Positions 51,820 through 60,360 of a stretch of DNA of 64,000 bases are shown here, in pieces (positions within the stretch are counted from its first letter, which is position 1; every line of letters begins with the position of its first letter). The notes beneath the pieces were generated by a model. That model searched no databases. It was not told where the DNA came from and saw nothing but the letters and a program-made list of their open reading frames with translations. The stretch spans positions 52,158 to 116,157 of the IMG/VR virus record IMGVR_UViG_3300008450_000005. The stretch is one strand, 5' to 3'. A program made the translations under genes and the position numbers. This stretch comes from a virus.

Positions 51820-52148
51820 AACACATGAAAGAATACACCGACTACATTTTGAATTTAGAGCTGTCAAACCTCGACAGATCAAAGATTGATAGTTGGCTGG
51901 ATCAGAACGAAAAAGCATACCAGTTTTCTGGTGATGTACAACTAGATCAGTCCTTGGATTCGATTGTTCAAAATTTAATGCAAGAATTGAATTTTCCGGC
52001 TGATAAAAAAGACGAGATCACATCTTATGTTTCTGATCGAATGGCGATCAAGGATGATGAAGCATTTCCCATGCTCATCATGAGTCCTAATGCCATGCTG
52101 AAGTATTCCGACTTTGTTGACGGATTATCAAGATACGAAATCAACTAA
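51816..52148 (+). CDS. Hypothetical protein with capsid-targeting-like leader
   Basis: Probable start MKHMKEYTDY (ATGA overlap). Confidence 0.5.
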   Translation: MKHMKEYTDYILNLELSNLDRSKIDSWLDQNEKAYQFSGDVQLDQSLDSIVQNLMQELNFPADKKDEITSYVSDRMAIKDDEAFPMLIMSPNAMLKYSDFVDGLSRYEIN

Positions 52149-52480
52149 TGAACGCTAGGAAGAAACTTCTAGAGCATCTTATGATGCTTCACCAAAACCG
52201 AGATTTAAGCGGAATTAACTTTTCGCATCCGGTAGAAACCGAGGAAGGAAGATTCAGTTTGATTTGTTGTGTAACAGAGCCTGATAAATCCTTTTGCAAG
52301 ATTGTCTGCAAAGTAATTGACGAAAATAAAATAGGGGTTAACTTCTTACCGCTTCATAAGATCAACGAGACTGGCGGTTACGTTCCGGTTCCAACAAACG
52401 TGAAAGATATCTATTCACAATATTTTCAGCCTATTCAGGTTCAAACAATGATGGCAAACGACCGGATGATGGTCGGGTAA
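52148..52480 (+). CDS. Hypothetical protein
   Basis: Coupled 110-aa ORF. Confidence 0.5.
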   Translation: MNARKKLLEHLMMLHQNRDLSGINFSHPVETEEGRFSLICCVTEPDKSFCKIVCKVIDENKIGVNFLPLHKINETGGYVPVPTNVKDIYSQYFQPIQVQTMMANDRMMVG

Positions 52481-52482
52481 TT

Positions 52483-52761
52483 TTAGCTATTTTTATAGAT
52501 AAAATCGTCCAATGCTTTTTCAGCACCAACCGTTAGACCTTTCTTTGCAAGAAATCTCAAAGCATTCTCCTTAAAACTGTTTCCAGTTCTGGCTGAAGTC
52601 CAAAGTGCAGAGGCTATAGTTGAGGTAATCTCGTCAGAATCCATCCACACATTCGAAAGAAACTCTTTCTCTTCTTCAGGCATCTTTTTGATACGCTCTA
52701 AAAACGATTCATATTTGTCGCTCTCGTTGAGAAAATCTTCGAATATCTTAAGGTTCTTCAT
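52483..52761 (-). CDS. Hypothetical protein with capsid-targeting-like leader
   Basis: MKNLKIFEDFLNES; GATATATA on the minus strand at 52768-52775. Confidence 0.65.
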   Translation of the reverse strand: MKNLKIFEDFLNESDKYESFLERIKKMPEEEKEFLSNVWMDSDEITSTIASALWTSARTGNSFKENALRFLAKKGLTVGAEKALDDFIYKNS

Positions 52762-52767
52762 AGCTAT

Positions 52768-52810
52768 TATATATCCAGTTTTGACTGAAGCGTTTTGGCA
52801 GAGATAAATA
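52768..52810. promoter_or_regulatory. Divergent pair of late-promoter-like motifs
   Basis: GATATATA on - (52768-52775) and GATAAATA on + (52803-52810), each before a leader-bearing gene. Confidence 0.65.
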
Positions 52811-52814
52811 GAGT

Positions 52815-53216
52815 ATGAATATGATGAATTTTGAATCTTGGAACACTCTAAACGAAAAACTTTCCCCCGAGGAAATCAAAACTGTCGAGACTTACGCTGA
52901 TAAATTATTTTCGGATGTTGGCTTGGACGTTGAGTTTAGTAAGCATTTTAAGGACAGGATCAACGACGAGAGAAATAAGAAACCAATTACATCAGCAGAA
53001 CTAATAGGTCTATTTAAACGTGCATATTCCAAGTCAGGAAAAAAGATCGCTCAGCTGCCAGTTAAAGCGGAAGCGGTTATTCAAGATATGAGAACTGACA
53101 TCAATACTCCATTCGTTATAGAGTATGATCCTAGGAGTAAAGAACTTGATCTCAAAATGAAAACAATCATGAGAAAAAAGGATTTTCAAACAACAAATCC
53201 TAAGATCAGTATTTAA
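52815..53216 (+). CDS. Conserved T4-like phage protein (HFxDRxNDxRN motif) with capsid-targeting-like leader
   Basis: MNMMNFESWNTLNE; FSKHFKDRINDERN...KTIMRKKDF. Confidence 0.55.
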   Translation: MNMMNFESWNTLNEKLSPEEIKTVETYADKLFSDVGLDVEFSKHFKDRINDERNKKPITSAELIGLFKRAYSKSGKKIAQLPVKAEAVIQDMRTDINTPFVIEYDPRSKELDLKMKTIMRKKDFQTTNPKISI

Positions 53217-53300
53217 TTATAGAAAAAAACTTCCCTCTTTTTTAATTCACGGCCCATTTTTTGATATTTGTTATAGTTAATAATTAAATATCAAGAATTT

Positions 53301-53642
53301 ATGGAACAGAACCAACAATTTTTCCCTGGATTGAGCATCAAGGCTCGAGCCAAAAAATCTTTCTTAGCCGGTCTTAATAAGACCTGGAATCTGGTTATTC
53401 TTATTGCGTCTATGACCATTGCGTTCTACGCTGGACTTAATTACGATAAGGTTTCCGATGGTTTAAACCCCAAGAAAGACAAGTTCCCCCAGACCAAAGG
53501 TAGAACAACAGTTTCCGTGTCTGTCAACGACAGAGGGGAATTGGTTTTTATGGATAGGGAAGAAAACAAAATAACTATCTATAATGATACGATAGGAATG
53601 ATAATCTACGATTATTATTCTTTACATTTTCCTAAGAAATGA
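53301..53642 (+). CDS. Single-pass membrane protein
   Basis: Hydrophobic LVILIASMTIAFYAG; overlaps the SLT gene. Confidence 0.55.
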   Translation: MEQNQQFFPGLSIKARAKKSFLAGLNKTWNLVILIASMTIAFYAGLNYDKVSDGLNPKKDKFPQTKGRTTVSVSVNDRGELVFMDREENKITIYNDTIGMIIYDYYSLHFPKK

Positions 53643-54151
53643 AATTTGTTAAAATAATCATATTATTCTTCGCTGTGATCTTCGCTTCTTTCGTATGGAA
53701 AGTCCGTGCGGAAAAGGACATTATTAGTATTAACGATCCCACTTCTATCGATTGGAAATCTCCTTCAGTTAGAATGTATTTCGCACTGAAGACATATTCC
53801 GAAAAATACAATGTCCCGGAAGAAATTGCATTTGCATTTGCATACCGGGAAACAGGATATCGAGGTCCCAATCATAGAAATTATGAATGGAGATTGGTTT
53901 CTTCTGCCGGAGCTCTTGGAGCTATGCAGATCATGCCGGGGTCTGCCCGTAAATTTGCTCCAAAGAAATATTCAGATTCTCTTCTTTTGAACGACATAGA
54001 TTATAACGTCGAAACATCGATGAGGATCTTGAAATACCTCAAGAAGAGATTTGGAAGATGGGATCTTGCTGCAGGAGCTTACAATACGGGACGTCCAGTC
54101 GTGAACGAATATGCGAGGCAGGTGGCTTCACTTAGCTATGATTGGCTGTGA
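53639..54151 (+). CDS. Lytic transglycosylase (SLT domain) with signal/anchor
   Basis: RET catalytic Glu, SSAGALGAMQIMP, AYNTG. Confidence 0.88.
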   Translation: MKFVKIIILFFAVIFASFVWKVRAEKDIISINDPTSIDWKSPSVRMYFALKTYSEKYNVPEEIAFAFAYRETGYRGPNHRNYEWRLVSSAGALGAMQIMPGSARKFAPKKYSDSLLLNDIDYNVETSMRILKYLKKRFGRWDLAAGAYNTGRPVVNEYARQVASLSYDWL

Positions 54152-54164
54152 TATATAATTCACG

Positions 54165-54968
54165 ATGAAGAACCTAATGCTTTTTGAGGATTTCTCCTTG
54201 ATACCGAAGAATAATATTCTATCCAAGATATTGGACGAAATTGATCCTGATATTCATGATCTTGTTGAAAAAATAAAGAAACAATTTCAGAAAAAATTTG
54301 AAAAACCAATGTCTAAATACGACGAGGAATTAACACGTTTGACAGTTATCAGTGACCTCGTTAAATCGATTGGTAACCACACTAAGCCAGATGATAAACT
54401 CAAAGAAATTGGCACCAGTGTTTCACCTAAAGGTAATTTGGAAATTGACGCTATAATTGTTAGAGACGAAAAAGAGTATCCTTTAAGTACTGAGGTGATT
54501 TACGCAGGTGGTCACAACATCCAAAGGTTACACTATCGATACATCACCAAAACTAGATTACCCAAATCCGTGAAGAACGAGCTAGCAGAAGAGTACCAGA
54601 AGAAAATCAAAAAAATGACAGCTGCTGAAAAACTTCGCAATGAGATTGAGAGTTTTGAAAAAAGAATTGAATCAAATGATAAAAGGGTAAAAGATTCGAA
54701 GACCTATAAAGATGATGAGATATTTGCGCTAAAGCAAAAAGAGAAAGATGCTTTCGTTTGGCCAAGCTGGGAAGAGCTTGTTTCAAGGGGTGCAGATAAG
54801 AACTACGATTACAGTGAGGAGAAGTTCAATAAGGAGAAAGAAGAGAGCAGAATAAGATCGATTAATTTCTGGAAAACACAAAATATTGAATGGCCGGAGA
54901 AAAATAGCGTTGCTCTTCGGAAAGAAGTTGATAAATTAGCGAAAAAATTAGCTGCTATCGAGCAGTAA
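54165..54968 (+). CDS. Hypothetical protein with capsid-targeting-like leader
   Basis: MKNLMLFEDF; IYAGGHNIQRLHYRY; GATATATA upstream. Confidence 0.6.
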   Translation: MKNLMLFEDFSLIPKNNILSKILDEIDPDIHDLVEKIKKQFQKKFEKPMSKYDEELTRLTVISDLVKSIGNHTKPDDKLKEIGTSVSPKGNLEIDAIIVRDEKEYPLSTEVIYAGGHNIQRLHYRYITKTRLPKSVKNELAEEYQKKIKKMTAAEKLRNEIESFEKRIESNDKRVKDSKTYKDDEIFALKQKEKDAFVWPSWEELVSRGADKNYDYSEEKFNKEKEESRIRSINFWKTQNIEWPEKNSVALRKEVDKLAKKLAAIEQ

Positions 54969-54982
54969 GTTCTTTAACATAT

Positions 54983-55357
54983 GGGTCCGAATTGGAATCG
55001 ATTGGCGATATCTAGTTTGGAGAAGCAGGCAGAGTTAGTATCGGAAACTCTTTAATCACCTATACAAAAATTTAAATGGCGAAACGTCAACAATGACCTT
55101 CGAAGATGCAATGTCTTTCGTTGGTGCTGAAGCTCTCGTAGCATAAGCAAAGGGCCGGTGGTTGCCCAGGAACAGAAATCCACCAAGAGGTGCTATTCTA
55201 ACCCAATAGAATGCAGAAGATTAGTTCTCAGTAAACCGAACTGCTAAAATAAGGGAATTGTGAAGTTTGCCGATTTAGAAAAATCGTCTAAGCCTGTGAA
55301 TGATTCTTCAGATGGAGTCGAGCAAGACCGGGGAGTCGGAGCCCCGCGGATCCACCA
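54983..55357 (+). ncRNA. ssrA: tmRNA (transfer-messenger RNA)
   Basis: 5' GGGTCCG pairs with 3' CGGATCC-ACCA, including the G3:U alanine wobble; 375 nt; tag ORF 55078-55146 GETSTMTFEDAMSFVGAEALVA-stop after TAAAT. Confidence 0.9.
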
Positions 55358-55389
55358 CTAGGATATCCCGTATTTCGGATATATAAATT

Positions 55390-56064
55390 ATGAAATACGG
55401 GATTCTTACATTATTCTTATTACCGCTGGCGTTATTTTCCCAGCACGCTTTGAACATGACTTACTCACAGGGAAGTAACGTTAAAAATTTTAATCAGTTC
55501 TCAGCTCTTTACAATTTTCAATACACAGACACCATCTCTAAAAACACTTTTGAAACTAACATCAATTTCGATTATGGTAGTCAGGATAAAGTTGTCAACT
55601 CGAGAGACTTTTCGATTTCACTCAGAGAACGATTGTACTGGGGTCCTGTGGAAGGATTTATGAACATCCAAAATGATCAATCTTTAGCTCGTGGTATCGA
55701 TAATAGAATCATGGGAGGAGTTGGATTAGAAAAACAATTAGTCAAAAAAGGAGGGTTATCCCTTTCAGTAAGCGACGGAGGTTTGTTTGAGCTTACGAAA
55801 TTTACTACCAGAGGTGAATTTTCAAAAGTTAGAAATTCTTTCAGAGTTCAGGTTAAAAACAAGGGCAAGGTTAAATTCAAAAGTAATCTGATGGTCCAAC
55901 ACAACATTAAAGATCTGAGTGATTACATCGTTATCTCCAATACTACACTAGGCATGCCTTTGAGTTCAATGATTGATTTTACCGCAAGATATTCATACAT
56001 CCAGGAAACCTTCGTAAATAAATCTACAGACTTCTTAACTTTCGGTGTGGAGATAAATTTCTAA
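55390..56064 (+). CDS. Outer-membrane beta-barrel protein (DUF481-like)
   Basis: Signal peptide, amphipathic strands, RGIDNR..GGVG, RNSFR, C-terminal GVEINF. Confidence 0.65.
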   Translation: MKYGILTLFLLPLALFSQHALNMTYSQGSNVKNFNQFSALYNFQYTDTISKNTFETNINFDYGSQDKVVNSRDFSISLRERLYWGPVEGFMNIQNDQSLARGIDNRIMGGVGLEKQLVKKGGLSLSVSDGGLFELTKFTTRGEFSKVRNSFRVQVKNKGKVKFKSNLMVQHNIKDLSDYIVISNTTLGMPLSSMIDFTARYSYIQETFVNKSTDFLTFGVEINF

Positions 56065-56100
56065 ATTTTTTAGATAAATAACAGAAAAAATAAATTAATT

Positions 56101-56364
56101 ATGCCTGACATTAGTAAATTTTCCTTTGCAGAAATGTGTTCTAACGAGAACGGAAAAACATCCGGAAGCGGAACCGTTGGAATCGTGGTTTCTCTTATTG
56201 GAACCTTGTGTTTCTTGCTGGGATCACTCGATAAAATGTTCTTCAGCGGAACAGTAGATATTTTGACCCAATCCATCTTGGTTATCACGATTGGAGTTGG
56301 TCTTTTGGGATATAGAAAGTCTATACCTGGTAAACCAGCTGATGATTCAGCTAAAGAAAAATAA
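56101..56364 (+). CDS. Small two-TM protein (holin-like)
   Basis: NGKTS motif followed by two hydrophobic helices and a charged tail. Confidence 0.45.
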   Translation: MPDISKFSFAEMCSNENGKTSGSGTVGIVVSLIGTLCFLLGSLDKMFFSGTVDILTQSILVITIGVGLLGYRKSIPGKPADDSAKEK

Positions 56365-56382
56365 AACAAATTAAATTAACTT

Positions 56383-56964
56383 ATGAGAAACCTATTTTTT
56401 ATCGTGGGGATGCTGTTGCATCTTCAACTATTCGCACAGAAAGACACATTTGTAGTAAGACCATCATTCGAGGTTGTCTACAGCCAAAAGAAAAAGCAAC
56501 CTTTGGTTCTAACCTACAAGGTAGAGTCTCTCCCGTGTAATGCAACCCGTAAGGGAATGGATTTTTTCCCAGAGAAGGGTATCATCACTTCATTGGATCC
56601 AGACTATGCTAATAATGATTATGATAAAGGGCATTTTGCTCCTGCTGCTAGCTTTTGCCAATCAAGAGATTTAATGCTTTCAACTTTTTCTTATTTAAAT
56701 TGCGCACTCCAACACTATAAATTGAATCGTGGATCATGGAAAGAATTAGAGGAGCAGGAAAGAACTTGGGCTCAAACCGAAGTTATCAAAGTTAAAATTG
56801 AATCCTTTTATGATGCTACTCCAAACCTTTTACCAACCGGTGCAGATATTCCAGACGGCTTTACAAAAACTATTACTTTTACTAAGACTGGTCAGGTGAG
56901 AAAATACTATTTCCCCAATAAAGAATGCCCTGGAAATTTTGATCTATATAGAATAGCCAATTAA
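56383..56964 (+). CDS. Secreted DNA/RNA non-specific endonuclease (NucA/EndoG family)
   Basis: Signal peptide; YDKGHFAPAA, TFSYLN..LQ..LNRGSWKELE. Confidence 0.85.
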   Translation: MRNLFFIVGMLLHLQLFAQKDTFVVRPSFEVVYSQKKKQPLVLTYKVESLPCNATRKGMDFFPEKGIITSLDPDYANNDYDKGHFAPAASFCQSRDLMLSTFSYLNCALQHYKLNRGSWKELEEQERTWAQTEVIKVKIESFYDATPNLLPTGADIPDGFTKTITFTKTGQVRKYYFPNKECPGNFDLYRIAN

Positions 56965-56965
56965 A

Positions 56966-56994
56966 GAAAACTTTTATCAACTTTTTTATATAAT
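56966..56994 (+). promoter_or_regulatory. Putative GAAAAY-N17-TATAAT promoter
   Basis: GAAAAC-17 nt-TATAAT upstream of the trx-mgsA-TS-like operon. Confidence 0.5.
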
Positions 56995-57001
56995 ACTTGA
57001 A

Positions 57002-57280
57002 ATGAACAATAATTTTGAAATTTTGAAAATGTCGGCCGACTGGTGTGGACCGTGTCAGGCAACAAAACCTACTTTTGCATCTTTCGCTACAAGCCATCCC
57101 GCTATCGCCTGTAAAGAGGTTAACGTTGATACAGAGGGCGATTTGGCAAGAAGCTATAATGTCAGGGGAATTCCTGCATTGATCTTTTTGAAAGATGGTG
57201 AAGTTGTAAATCGTCACGTCGGAGCATTTTCTTTAGCACAATTGGAGGAGTTATCCTCTGCTGCCTTTGGCACTTTATGA
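57002..57280 (+). CDS. trxA: Thioredoxin
   Basis: ADWCGPC, VRGIP, FLKDG. Confidence 0.9.
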   Translation: MNNNFEILKMSADWCGPCQATKPTFASFATSHPAIACKEVNVDTEGDLARSYNVRGIPALIFLKDGEVVNRHVGAFSLAQLEELSSAAFGTL

Positions 57281-57648
57281 AAATTGCTATTATAGCACAC
57301 GATGGCATGAAAGCTCAAATGGTGAGCTTTCTTATGCACAACAGAAAATTAATTAAAAGCAGCGGAACAGAGATTGTTGCCACTGGCACCACCGGTAAGT
57401 TCGTAAAAGAAGCCGGACTGGATGTCCAGTGCGTAAAATCTGGTCCTCTGGGAGGTGATGCACAGATAGCGTCGATGATGGTAGAGGGAAAGATCGATAT
57501 GATTTTCTTTTTTCGAGATCCATTAGGGAAACATCCTCATGAGCCTGATGTACAAATGTTATTAAGGCTTTGCGATGTTCATAATGTACCATTGGCAACA
57601 AACCCAGCAACTGCCGAAAGATTAATTAAGACGCTAGAACAAATATGA
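57277..57648 (+). CDS. mgsA: Methylglyoxal synthase
   Basis: IAHDGMK, ATGTTG, SGPLGGDAQI, FFRDPL..HPHEPD, ATNPATA. Confidence 0.92.
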   Translation: MKIAIIAHDGMKAQMVSFLMHNRKLIKSSGTEIVATGTTGKFVKEAGLDVQCVKSGPLGGDAQIASMMVEGKIDMIFFFRDPLGKHPHEPDVQMLLRLCDVHNVPLATNPATAERLIKTLEQI

Positions 57649-58451
57649 CCAAAACATTCCAGAAACCGTCAGATGCAATTACCTGGACAAAAAAATCCAT
57701 GTATGATTACGGTTATGAAGTAAGAACCGAAAAATGGCAAAGCGTTGATGCTCCAGATTCGATGTGGGAGAAGCTAAATCACTCTTTTGCATTTGTGGTT
57801 CCTGAGACTATTGATGAATTGGTCAAAGAGGTACGTCCAAATCTGCCATGGGCGGATGATCACTTCGCTGAAAGAGTTAGCGGGATTCCTTACAATCCTC
57901 CTCCGTCCAATGAATGGTGGCCATTCAACCAAAAGAAGAATGCTGAATTTAAGAAGGATGAAAAATTCTCACACACATATCCCGAAAGGATCTGGCCGAA
58001 ATTCGGCGGAGAGAAATTTTCAGAATCTTTAATGAGCGATCATATCGAGCAGCCACACAATGGAATCAGATTCGCTTATGGCGACTTTTACGATGTATTA
58101 GATCTATTAGAGAAAGAACCTTATACCAGGCAAGCTTATCTCCCCATGTGGTTCCCTGAGGACACTGGATCTGTCCACGGAGAAAGGGTTCCTTGCTCAC
58201 TTGGATGGCACTTTATTCGGAGAGGAGATCACTTGCACATTAACTATTACATCAGATCATGTGATTTCATCAGACACTTCCGTGATGACATCTATTTAGC
58301 CTGCCGCAAACTTCATTGGGCTTTGGATATCCTTAGGGATAAGGACCCAGAAAAGTGGAAAGATGTAAAACCAGGATGGTTTACCATGCATATTACCTCT
58401 CTGCATTGCTTTAATTCGGAGAAAGGATTATTAAAATTAGCCAAAACGTGA
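57645..58451 (+). CDS. Thymidylate-synthase-fold enzyme, probable dCMP C5-modifying enzyme (methyl/hydroxymethyl transferase-like)
   Basis: TRQA, catalytic PC, RSCDFIRHFRDD (Asp at the position equivalent to E. coli TS Asn177), SLHCF. Confidence 0.65.
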   Translation: MTKTFQKPSDAITWTKKSMYDYGYEVRTEKWQSVDAPDSMWEKLNHSFAFVVPETIDELVKEVRPNLPWADDHFAERVSGIPYNPPPSNEWWPFNQKKNAEFKKDEKFSHTYPERIWPKFGGEKFSESLMSDHIEQPHNGIRFAYGDFYDVLDLLEKEPYTRQAYLPMWFPEDTGSVHGERVPCSLGWHFIRRGDHLHINYYIRSCDFIRHFRDDIYLACRKLHWALDILRDKDPEKWKDVKPGWFTMHITSLHCFNSEKGLLKLAKT

Positions 58452-58452
58452 C

Positions 58453-58590
58453 ATGAAAGACTCTAAATTACCCACAGAAAAAAAATTAGAACTATTCGAA
58501 AAGATCTACAATCTTATGATGGAGAAACCTAATGATTATGAACTGGGACATGAAATAAGGATGCTATTCATTAAAAACATTAAGAAGTAA
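58453..58590 (+). CDS. Small hypothetical protein; not in the ORF track
   Basis: Translated by hand: MKDSKLPTEKKLELFEKIYNLMMEKPNDYELGHEIRMLFIKNIKK; fills the gap exactly. Confidence 0.55.
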   Translation: MKDSKLPTEKKLELFEKIYNLMMEKPNDYELGHEIRMLFIKNIKK

Positions 58591-58592
58591 AT

Positions 58593-58871
58593 ATGACAGA
58601 AGAAAAAAATTACCCCGGTCGTAAATTTAAAAAACCCTCGGATGGAATGCTGAAGTACTACGCCGACCTCTTTCTTAGGAATCAAAACAAATGGATCAGA
58701 AAGTCGATGATCAAGCCAGAACAGCTAGGGTCTAAATTCGTCCATGACGGCGTTGAGTATGAACTAGTCGGGTCAGTATCTCCCAAAGAATTCTTGATTA
58801 GAGATGCATCCGATGATTTTTTCCTTGTTTTAACGAGTATCGTAGATCCGTATCTACTACCCAAAGAATGA
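58593..58871 (+). CDS. Hypothetical protein
   Basis: 92-aa ORF in an operon. Confidence 0.55.
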   Translation: MTEEKNYPGRKFKKPSDGMLKYYADLFLRNQNKWIRKSMIKPEQLGSKFVHDGVEYELVGSVSPKEFLIRDASDDFFLVLTSIVDPYLLPKE

Positions 58872-59089
58872 ACTTTTACATTTTTTCCCATACCCCGTTC
58901 CACCATCTTCAGCTTTGTCAGATTCTAGCTAACTCTGAATGCGATATAATTGAGGATAAAATTCTGGGATTGGGGAATTTACCTTATGGGAAGTTTTTAA
59001 TTGAATCCACTGAGGATCTATATGAAGTATTAGAAGGTCTCCCAGGGATTTCAGTCCAAGATGCTGACAAGGAAATCGAGGATATATAA
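58868..59089 (+). CDS. Hypothetical protein
   Basis: Coupled 73-aa ORF. Confidence 0.5.
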   Translation: MNFYIFSHTPFHHLQLCQILANSECDIIEDKILGLGNLPYGKFLIESTEDLYEVLEGLPGISVQDADKEIEDI

Positions 59090-59115
59090 GGACATCTACA
59101 AATAACATTTCCTAG

Positions 59116-59493
59116 ATGGAGAATTTTTCGACCACATTAGAGCACATCCTTGAAGAGCTAAAAACCATGAAGGGCAAATTGCCTAATGGTGAATTGGAAT
59201 CTATGAGCAATCAGATCAAGTATGTGAAGGAATCCCAGCAAGACTTAAAGTCTGACATCTCGGAAATAAAAAAGAAACTTTTCAATCCTGAAGACGGTAT
59301 CATAGTGAAGGTTAATGAAGCCAGAAAATATATCGTTAAACAGGAAGAGAAGGAGGACGAATACGACAGAATATTAATGGATATTGATTCATTAAAAAAA
59401 TGGCAGAGCGGGGTTAATAAAGCACTTTGGATTCTGTTCGGTGCATTAACCGGGTTAACCATTGAATTACTCATGATCTTATTTTCAAAATAA
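59116..59493 (+). CDS. Coiled-coil protein with C-terminal TM helix
   Basis: Heptads then ALWILFGALTGLTIELLMILF; GATATATA upstream. Confidence 0.55.
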   Translation: MENFSTTLEHILEELKTMKGKLPNGELESMSNQIKYVKESQQDLKSDISEIKKKLFNPEDGIIVKVNEARKYIVKQEEKEDEYDRILMDIDSLKKWQSGVNKALWILFGALTGLTIELLMILFSK

Positions 59494-59494
59494 A

Positions 59495-59740
59495 ATGGAA
59501 GAAACAAATAACACACAAGAAGAGAATAAAGGATACGAATCCGATTATTCTAAAGCAGGAGAGGGCAACCATCCTCACAGTGATCACATGACCGATGACG
59601 GATTCGTTAAATGGTACGATCAGAAAAATTTCGGTACAAAAAGAGGTTCTTTCGGACTTCCACAACAAACCAATGGTAAAGCGATGACTTACACAGATTT
59701 CGTTGCTACCATTAAAAACTCGAAACTGCAAGGAGAATAA
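59495..59740 (+). CDS. Hypothetical protein
   Basis: 81 aa; C-terminal MTYTDFV. Confidence 0.5.
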   Translation: MEETNNTQEENKGYESDYSKAGEGNHPHSDHMTDDGFVKWYDQKNFGTKRGSFGLPQQTNGKAMTYTDFVATIKNSKLQGE

Positions 59741-59741
59741 A

Positions 59742-60065
59742 ATGTTTGATGATCTAGATGACGACGATTCTCCTGAATTAGAATTCGGACCAGAGTTATC
59801 CGATGAGGAACAGGGAGAATTATGGGAATCCATATATTCCAAGATCTCAACAGCAGTTATCAACGATCACAATTTTGCAATCCTCTTTAACATGGTTCCG
59901 CCTGATTCTAATCCAGAAGAAGGCTCATCAGCCATTATCGAAAAAAATCAATTCGAAATCTTATTGACCAATTATCTAAAATGGTGCGAATTGAAAGAAA
60001 TGTTTGAGAGGTGCGCAGAAGTAAAGAAGCTATTACATAAACTTAAACCTACTAAACCTTTATAA
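59742..60065 (+). CDS. Small acidic protein with UVR-like EMFExC motif
   Basis: Start MFDDL; WCELKEMFERCAEVKKLL. Confidence 0.55.
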   Translation: MFDDLDDDDSPELEFGPELSDEEQGELWESIYSKISTAVINDHNFAILFNMVPPDSNPEEGSSAIIEKNQFEILLTNYLKWCELKEMFERCAEVKKLLHKLKPTKPL

Positions 60066-60066
60066 A

Positions 60067-60288
60067 ATGCAAGATTTTTTTAATCTACAGCAAGTAACCG
60101 TAGCTCCGATGGGTGCGTTCAGTATCCAAAAGGGAGACAGATTGAGAGACATTTTTTCCCGTAAGACCTATTACGTAGAAGGGGTATTCTTGAATGAGAA
60201 GAAGGAGCACCTTTTATTGGGCCATTATGATGATGTTCCAGGGGAGAAACTATATCTTCCGGTTAGGAATTTCGAAATGCTCAGATAA
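60067..60288 (+). CDS. Hypothetical protein
   Basis: 73-aa ORF. Confidence 0.5.
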   Translation: MQDFFNLQQVTVAPMGAFSIQKGDRLRDIFSRKTYYVEGVFLNEKKEHLLLGHYDDVPGEKLYLPVRNFEMLR

Positions 60289-60360
60289 AATTCTGATTTC
60301 TAAATTTTCCGATAAATAGCATAGAATCTCCGGAACCTGGAGACCGAATAAATTGTAGAT

